From Octopus sinensis (taxonomy: Eukaryota), in the NCBI RefSeq assembly GCF_006345805.1, contig NC_043009.1, positions 4,526,001-4,590,000 on the forward strand: a DNA stretch of 64,000 nucleotides. The letters are read 5' to 3'. Numbering within the stretch: position 1 is the first letter of the stretch; the number at the start of each line of letters is the position of its first letter. The notes beneath the pieces were generated by a model. The model was given only the letters and a program-made list of their open reading frames with translations, was not told the origin of the DNA and did no database searches. Positions 54,991 through 64,000 of this stretch are shown here, piece after piece. Position numbers and translations under genes: made by a program.

Positions 54991-55545
54991 CACAAACACA
55001 CATATGCACAAACGTATACATACTCATATATATATATGTATGTAGTAGATTTATATATTATATATGTTGTTAATTTGTGGGGTTGTTAATCATTTACTAG
55101 ACCATTATTTTGGAACTCCGGTATTTATGCTAATTAATCTGTAGCCTGCTGGGATATTCTAACCTGAGCTGTCTTGGTTTGTTGCATTTTATAAGTTTTC
55201 TCTGCTCAAAGTCAGTGTTTTATTGTTTAGATGATCAAATATATATATGAATACACACAACAAGGAAATTCAGTGTTAATCGTCAAATGTAGAATCCACC
55301 ATGACAAGTACACATAATTACTATATATATATATATATATATGTACTGAAATACATACACATACATACGTACATTGACACAATCACACTGTTATAAGGAG
55401 ATATAGTCATAACAAGCGTGTATTTACGACAATGCATTCTCACATACATTGGCTTGCATTTATGCACCATATTTTTCTATGTATAACAATACCAGAACAT
55501 TAAGGCACACCAGCTCATAATGAAACCCGTGTATATATGTATGTA

Positions 55546-55659
<114 letters not shown>

Positions 55660-55824
55660 GGCCTCCCTGTCTATCTATATATTGCATCTGACTATATCTC
55701 TGAATGTTTGTCTGTGTATCTATCAACCTGTTTGTCTGTCTGTCTATATTTCTGTATCTGTCTATATCTATTTATCTATCTAACTATATTTATCTGTCTA
55801 TATCTGTCTATCTCTAGTTTTATC

Positions 55825-55880
<56 letters not shown>

Positions 55881-55907
55881 ATATATCCTTATATACATAC
55901 ATACATG

Positions 55908-55938
<31 letters not shown>

Positions 55939-55963
55939 GTATACATACATAACCCCCCCCAAC

Positions 55964-55996
<33 letters not shown>

Positions 55997-56579
55997 ATAC
56001 ATACAGAAAGCTATTCACATATGCACACACATACACGCACAGGTACACGCGTGCGCGCATGCCATATTTAGAGCTGAGCTTGATAGGAAACGATTGTTGA
56101 AGGGATTGAGATAACGATAAAGAAAAACGAAGAGTTTTTGCGGGGTGGAATGTGTAGTCTTGGCTGTTGACTAGAGACTTAAAGTCTGAGCTGTTAAAAG
56201 CAATATTCAGCAATGTTTTAACCATTTTACACCATCTCCCACCTCCCACCACCCTCTCGCTCTCTCTCTCCCTTCCTTTCTTTCTTTCTTTCGTCCCACT
56301 ATAACTATTTCACCTCCTCTTCTCGCTAATTCTTATTGATAATTTTAACGACAGATTCGATTCTAACAGCTTTTGCTACAAACAGCTGAAGGCACCCACC
56401 TCTCTTTATTTTTCTTTTTTCCTTTCTCCTTTTTTCCCTTTTTTTTTCTTTTTGTGGTGGTGATAATGGTGATAGTGGTGGTGGAGGGAAAGGAAACAAT
56501 TTTTTTTATTTAGATTTTATAAATTTCATCCTCTTTCACATTCACAGTTTAGTTCTCTCTCTCCCTGTCTTGCTCTCTT

Positions 56580-56616
<37 letters not shown>

Positions 56617-56679
56617 CAAACACCATCACTCATTCTCTTCTCTTTATTTAACCATAATCTTATTCTTCATCATATTCCT

Positions 56680-57420
56680 CGTCATTATCATCATCATTTT
56701 CATCATCATTATCCCTCGTCGTTGTCATCATGAACATCTTCATCATCATATTCATCATGTCGTCGTCGTCAGCAGAAACATCATCATCATCAGCATCATC
56801 ATCATCATCATCATGTACATTGTTAGCATCAACATTCTCACCATCATCATCGACATCTTTCTTGAATCTACATCATCACAACTATGATAATTCTACATCC
56901 ACCACCACTACCACCACCACCACCACCACCAACAACCTCACTAATAACACTAACGTTACAACCACCATTCTTACAACTGTCATCATCATCACCGTCATTA
57001 TTATCATAAACATTACCACGAACACCACCACCAGCGCTCCACAATGCTGCAGTACCACCACAACCATCAGAATCCACTACAAACATCTCGTTATTCACCA
57101 TGAGACTTTTCCTTCTGCTCACCACCACCACCACCACCAACATCATCATCATCATCATCATCATCATCAAGGCAACCAGAGCATTTATATTCGGTTCTTA
57201 CAATACCACTTACCGTTACGATTTCTTCATCTGATGATGATGATGATCGTGTTGCTGTCGTTGACAACGAATCCGCTGCCACTACTTCTATTGGCGGCGC
57301 CAGCAGTAGTGATGTTAATAGTGTTAAATTTGCTGTTGGTGGCCACGGTGCTGATGGCGATGATGATGATGATGATGACGACGATGATAGCATTGATGGG
57401 GACGAAGATGATGACGAGGA
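56680..57420. repeat. Cryptic trinucleotide (CAT/CAC/GAT) low-complexity region
   Basis: Mixed triplet runs; a similar region lies at 23090-23740. Confidence 0.9.
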
Positions 57421-57852
57421 AGACGCGGAAGTGTAGCTAGTGGCGTAGGGTTGTACGATAGAATTTAGTGAGAGCAGTATGTTATTGAGGTGTAATTTTG
57501 GTATTCTGTATTGGAATATTTCCACAAATCTTTATACAGCGACATGGTTGATAATTTACGTCTCCAGTCTACAATTTATTCCAATATTTCCCAAATTCCG
57601 TATGAACTGTTCGATTTCTTACTTCGATAGTGGGTTTCATTCGTTTCGACTGACAAACTCTATATGGATGTTGGAACGAAGCCAGTGCATTATTTCTGTT
57701 GATATTTAGTCAAAGAAATGTTGAAGATTCCCGAGAGAAAGGTAAACAATAAAACTAGATGAATTCTGTGAAGACAACGACACCTGAAAACAGACATGAA
57801 CTATGGAGGTTTCGATTCCCTGTTGCACTTACTTCTCATACATAGTTTGATA

Positions 57853-58248
57853 ATCCTTTCTACTTTAGGCACAAGATCTGACATTTGGAGGGGGGACTAG
57901 TCGATTGCATCGACCCCAGTGTTTTACTGGTACTTAATTTATTGACCCCGAAAAGATTAAAGGCGAAGTCGACCTCGGTGGAATTTGAACTCAGGATGCC
58001 GAGACAATGAAATACCTATTTCTTTATTGGCCACAAGGGGCTAAACACAGAGAGGACAAACAAGGACAGACAAACGGATTAAGTCGATTATATCGCCCCC
58101 AGTACGTAACTGGTACTTATTTAATCGAACCCGAAAGGATGAAAGGCAAAGTCGACCTCGGCGGAATTTGAACTCACAACGTAACGGCAGACGATAAACC
58201 GCTAAGCATTTCGTCCGGCGTGCTAACGGTTCTGCCAGCTCACCGCCT
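57853..58248 (-). mobile_element. Chimeric family C SINE dimer (two tail subfamilies)
   Basis: A full copy at 58017-58248 joins a 5'-truncated copy with a different tail at gaaatacc|tatttctttatt (58016/58017). Confidence 0.85.
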
Positions 58249-59757
58249 TTTCTCATAGATTGATAATGCGAAATAATAGAAAGGTACGAGTGAGAAAATA
58301 TCTTGACATACGTTTGTGCATGTCTGAGATATATACAACAATATATTTCGATATTCTATTATCGACCCCGAATACCCAGGTCGAATAAGAATGAGATATG
58401 CAGACGAACGGTTAAGCACCCTGACGGCAGGGTTATCTTCGAAATAATTTGTCAAAGCAAGGAACTGTCTATAGCATAGTCCACCTCGCAAAGAGTATTT
58501 AAATAAAGTCTATTTATCCTAAATCTGTGTTCATAATAAGTATTTCATTTAACCAATCATCCCCATCGCCTAAGCAGTATGCTTATTTATGTTTTGTTTG
58601 TTTGTTTTTTACTTCTAAGTCAGAAAAGTGCGTAGTGCCAATAACCCCTGATAGAGCCTCCGAGACTTCTTGGAGGAAGGAAAAGTGGGGGAGATGAAGA
58701 TCTTCTAGTAGCGGTGTCCTGCTGCGAATGCTTAGTAGAATCCACTCCACTACAAGAGAACTACTAAGGGTAACCAAGAAACTGAGTTTACTAACCAAGT
58801 AGTCTATATTGAGACTGAAACTCAGAACGTAATGAGCTGGAGAAAAAATACTGCAAGGCATCCATTTTTCTTGTAGTTCCACTAACCCAACGCCTCGAAG
58901 TGTTACTTGTTTCTTAATCGACCTTGAAAAGATGAAAGGTAAAGTTAGCCTCAACGTAGCGCAGTGAAACCAGGCAAATGTCTTGAAAGATTCTGCTTAG
59001 CGCCCTTAACGACCACTCTGCTAAAACGCTAATTAAATGTAAATTGCCGAGTACTCACTTTATACTTCTGTCCTTAAAGTAAACCTCAGAAAGAATTAGT
59101 GTGATACACTGTGGGCATTACGCCATAGAGTACAGCAAACATTCTTTCAAATAATTACTTTTACCCAGTTCCACAAGGATTACATATAAACGAAGTATAC
59201 GAATGAAAACACTAACTCACGGTACCACTCTGTGCGATCGAACCCGAGATCTAATGATTAGAAAAATAATTTCGTATCATTTTGGTCATTATATATACTA
59301 GTGTGACAAGTGTCTGTTATAGAGATCTCTCTTTCTGTAAAACGAACAACAAAAATACTGATGATTGCACTTCAGGTTTCCAGCATCAATTCGATGTCCT
59401 CTCTGTGAATCTTTCCAAAAGATGACTCAATAATCACGTGTAGTCAGTCAAGTGGATGCCTCTGATCATGCGACTGATGTTTCTGATTACTGACTTTCGA
59501 GGATATATTCCTGGGTTTACTAGCTGCCATCTTACCACATTTCCATTTCATATCTACTCTATCAGCTTCTTGTTGAACATTTCGAAAGTACATCAGACTT
59601 AACATGACTCATTCTAACTAGATTTTCAAATAAATCACCACACATTTATCCTGAATTAAATTGGCGTTTTATCATTATAAGCTTTTCCTATACTTCAGTC
59701 TTTCTTTCTTTCCTTCTTCCCCTCTCCTTTTCACTCCTACTCTTTTTATTATTATTA

Positions 59758-59805
<48 letters not shown>

Positions 59806-60173
59806 CTCTCATTATCTATCCCGACTTTGTTTCAGTGTCTCCTTCTCTCTTGTTCTCTCAACTGATTATCCAGATTTCCACAAGACAATTCGAAGCTAAT
59901 ACATGTTCATTATATATTGGTGTAAACTTTAATAACAAAATTAAATTTTTAATTAAAATATAGTATATGTATTGAAAAACTAAATTCATCACAAAATAGC
60001 GTAAATATTCAAAAAACATAACCTAAAGCATCATTTATTTTACGCTCGCTCCAATCAATGGACACATTTTCAAATCTACAAATACTTAACTTGTAAAGAT
60101 TCTCCATTACAAAGAAGTACTACAAGAGATTTCTATTGATGCTCGTTGCATTAGAAGCTGACTTTAAGCGAGA

Positions 60174-60227
<54 letters not shown>

Positions 60228-61192
60228 ATTCCGTTTGATTCTTTCTTCTTTTTGTCTCCTTCTTTCCCTCCTCTGGTCTATATGTGTAACCAGGTAAACA
60301 TGTTTGTACATTCATATGTGTGTGTGTGTGTGTGTGTGTATTTGAATGTGTGTGCATGAGTATGAAAATTTGTACGGCTATTTATGGATAACTAACCTTT
60401 AAAATCTGTTTGAATAATACAGATATATACACATATACACACATACATACACACACACGCACACACATATATATATACATACATACACACATATATATAT
60501 ATATATATATATGTATGTATATATATATATATATAGATAGAGAGAGAGAGATACATACACACATTCATGCATTCACACATATACATACATATATATAATA
60601 GATATATATACATATATATATATAATATATATAAACACATATAAACACACGCATATATATATATACATGTATATATTTATAATATATATATGTATATATG
60701 TATAGATATATATATGTACACACATATATGTGTATGTTTGTATACGAGCACACATCTTCAAGATTACTTTGAAGAAAGATAGCATAATTGATCAGAACTT
60801 TTGCAGAAGAATTGCATTTTAAAACACGCACGTATCTCCAGGCTTGCATGCTGCATGCATTCATACATACATAAACATACATACATACATACATACGTAC
60901 AAACTAAATCTCATATTGATCCCACATACAAGATATTGTCAAAACTGCACCAGAAATATCCAAGGTTCGTCTTTATAGCAGAAACCTGCTTCGAGCCTCG
61001 TGGTTAGTATTCCTATCAAGGAAGCAGGTAGAACATCCATACTGAAATACTGTTCAAACTCTTATATGCTACAGTCTTGTGTTACAGGCTGTTCGATCCA
61101 TTACCTTCCTACATTTTATTCGACCACGTTATCGAAATTGAAGGAACATCAGACTCATTTGATGAAATAATGGTTAATATTTAGAACAGGTT

Positions 61193-61380
61193 GAAGCGGA
61201 TCACCTGGCAGAATCGTTACATTTCTTCCGTCTTTACGTTCTGAACTCAAATGCCGCCGGTGTCGACTTCGCCTTTCATCCTTTTGTTGGGTTCGATAAA
61301 ATAAGTACCAGTCGATCATTAGAGATGAATGTAATCGACTTAACCTTCACCCCACCCCTAAATTGGTGGCTTTTTGCACA
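61193..61380 (+). mobile_element. SINE family C with internal deletion, tail interrupted by an M SINE
   Basis: ctggcagaatcgtta|catttc...gtcgacttcgcctttcatcc...gataaaataagtaccag. Confidence 0.8.
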
Positions 61381-61542
61381 GGCGCAGGAGTGGCTGTGTG
61401 GTAAGTAGTTGCTTACCAACCACATGGTTCCGGGTTCAATCCCACTGCGTGGCACCTTGGGCAAGTGTCTTCTACTATAGCCTCGGGCCGACCAAAGCCT
61501 TGCGAGTGGATTTGGTTGACGGAAACTGAAAGAATCCCGTCG

Positions 61543-61585
<43 letters not shown>

Positions 61586-61813
61586 GTGTATATGTTTGTG
61601 TATCTGTGTTTTCCACCCCCACACCCCAACATCGTTTGACAACCGATGCCGGTGTGTTTACATACCCGTCACTTAGCGGTTCGGCAAAAGAGACCGATAG
61701 AGTAAGTAGTGGGCTTACAAAGAATAAGTCCTGGGGTCGATTTGCTCGACTAAAGGCGGTGCTCCAGCATGGCCAACAGTCAAATTACTGAAACAAGTAA
61801 AAGAGCAAAAGAG
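61381..61813 (+). mobile_element. SINE family M, full length, close to consensus
   Basis: ggcgcaggagtggctgtgtgg...(TA)n(TATG)n...gtcgatttgctcgactaaaggcggtgctccagcatgg...gaaacaagtaaaagag. Confidence 0.92.
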
Positions 61814-62159
61814 TAATGTTTCGAAGAGGTTGATCGAACTCGCATAGGTTCTTACCCATTTTTTTTGTCCCCATATTCAGGCTGTCATCCCACAAGTGAG
61901 AAAAGGTGGAGGGACACATCACGTAATTGTCACTCCTTCTATGACAAATTTGTTAGCAAGGCCTCGGGGTTTCTAACCATGTACTTAATCACAGGTGTTT
62001 ATTTTAATAGAATTACACACTGTTGAGTCGTCACATTCATTAAAACAATACTCGAAACACACCTATCTGCGTCTGCAGCATAGATTATGTAAATGGTTTA
62101 TATATAGATATATATATATGTATGTATGTATGTATGTATATATATATATGTATGTATGA

Positions 62160-62223
<64 letters not shown>

Positions 62224-62250
62224 ATGCAAATATACATATAAGCTACATAT

Positions 62251-62286
<36 letters not shown>

Positions 62287-63161
62287 GTTTAAATGTACGT
62301 ACAAACATATGCATGTGTATATGTATATTTATACATTCACACATTTAAGAAGATAGGTAGATAGATAGATAGATAGATAGATGATAGATAGATAGAATAT
62401 ATCTATTCACTATTATGTCTATATATACAGTAAAGCGTAACGTAAGCACATTATAGCTAGAACAAAGGAAACTGCTAAACAATGGACGTCATCGAGTTTA
62501 ACTGAAGCCTATGTTTAAACTAGATTTATCGGTAGTCTGAGCTTCCTCGTGTGCTCTTGGTGTGAATGGTTGTCATTCTTATTAAATAGCTATATGAAAA
62601 CATAGCTCGGCATGATTTTCACAACAGAACAATGGATGTAGCAAACAAGCCACAACGCCAGCTAGGCAGAATAAACTACCGTATAAACTTTGACAATCGC
62701 CGAGCAAATATTTCGATGACGACAACCACGAGAACAATAACAGCGACGACAACGACTACGATTATGATGATAATGATGATGATTTTCTACAGTAGAGATT
62801 GCGAATACCTAGAATCAAAATATTTCTAGTTAAGATCAGTGTTTTATTTCTTTTTTGTTTTTTGTAGGGGTTTCAATAGGTCTTTTTTTCCGTAACCCTA
62901 TGTGATCACCTTCGTTGTTCAAGACGACAATTTCTTTGCAGGAAATTCCGGCTGTAGTTTTTAGCATATAGAGAGGTTCATTTACTTACTCTTGATAATA
63001 TCCAATTCTAATATGAGTCACCGTATTCTTGGTCTCGGAATTGCAATCATCCACGTTGTTATTATTTTTAATATCCCCCCTCTCCGTACCTCATATATAT
63101 AAATATCTGAAAATATAAAACCATCTGAATTTCTGATTACCACATTTCTTCTAATATATAT

Positions 63162-63207
<46 letters not shown>

Positions 63208-63286
63208 CAGATATCACACTACAGATGGCTGTTACGTTTTTAGAGTGACTTCTAATTTATCAGTTCGATGTTAATAGAAATAAACA

Positions 63287-63620
63287 GAAGCGTTAGAGCA
63301 TCAGAAAATTGATTTCTCTCACGTCTGATCGGAACCTATACATTCTGAGTTCAAATCCAGCCGGTCAGCTTCGTTTATCATCCTTTCAATTTCGATAAAA
63401 TATTGTACCAGTTAAGTACTGGGATCACAATCATTGGCTTCTCCTTTCCCCTTAAAATTGCTGACACTGTACCAAAATTTGAAAAAAATTAAGAAAATGG
63501 CAAGAGTCTGAGTTCAAACCCGTCTAGATCAACTTTGCTTTCACCGTTTTAGAGTCGATAACATGAAGTACCCAATGAATTGCTGATCTTGGGCCAAGAA
63601 CTTGATAAATGATTATTACC

Positions 63621-63661
<41 letters not shown>

Positions 63662-63671
63662 CATTATTATC

Positions 63672-63706
<35 letters not shown>

Positions 63707-64000
63707 TCATAATAGTGTGAGCTGACAGAAACGTTAGCACGCCGGGTGAAATGCTTAGCAGTATTTCGTCAGTCGACTTTGCCTCTCATTCTTTCGGGGT
63801 TGATTAAATAATTACCAGTTGAACACTGGAGTCGATGTAATTGACTCATCCCCCACTTCAAAATTACTGCCCTTGTGGCAAAATCTGAAACTATTATTGT
63901 TCGAATAATTATTGTCGTTATTATTGAGGCGGCGACATAGCAGAATCGTTAGCACGCCGGACAAAAAATGCTTAGCGGCCTTTCGTCCGTCGCTACGTTC
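63287..64000 (+). mobile_element. Cluster of family C SINEs (about 63287-63485, 63505-63590, 63716-63890, 63926 to edge)
   Basis: Repeated ctgagttcaaa, tcgataa and gttagcacgccgg motifs separated by (ATT/AAT)n. Confidence 0.8.

Noticed and set aside
56730-57525. His/Thr/Ser-rich ORFs on both strands, with a - strand donor ACG|gtaagt near 57213
   Set aside because: Cryptic triplet repeats keep several frames open; no matching acceptor or domain. The same applies to 23076-23786.
62868-62905. Strong + strand acceptor ttttttgttttttgtag
   Set aside because: All three frames close within about 40 nt and no donor follows.

Overview
AT-rich eukaryotic (animal) DNA saturated with microsatellites and tRNA-derived SINEs. 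The repeat content looks like a coleoid cephalopod, probably Octopus; this is inferred from remembered SINE sequences, not from a search. Almost all ORFs in the supplied track are translated microsatellites and are not genes. Supportable content: (1) a probable + strand protein-coding gene of unknown identity, with phase-compatible exons at 1775-1800, 5334-5448, 13686-13766 and probably 26822-26853; (2) an isolated - strand exon candidate (42760-42920) with weak PR/SET-like similarity; (3) about 30 SINE copies of three families, labelled here C (CORE-like), M (bipartite, microsatellite-containing, Meta-like) and R, including TSD-bounded nested insertions and two head-to-tail dimers with the same junction; (4) a 431-bp MITE with 27-bp TIRs and internal (CCCTAA)n, a Tc1-like IR/DR end, and decayed LINE/Penelope fragments; (5) four minimal type-I hammerhead-ribozyme-like motifs (13277, 14120, 20812 on +; 44108-44145 on -) from at least three unrelated short repeat families, three of them followed by a T-rich stretch and a microsatellite, one within a 305-bp-period tandem. 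These look like relics of Penelope-like pseudo-LTRs or retrozymes, and every copy has at least one lesion. No CRISPR array, rRNA, intact tRNA gene or intact transposase/RT ORF was found. SINE boundaries are by eye and approximate unless TSDs are quoted.
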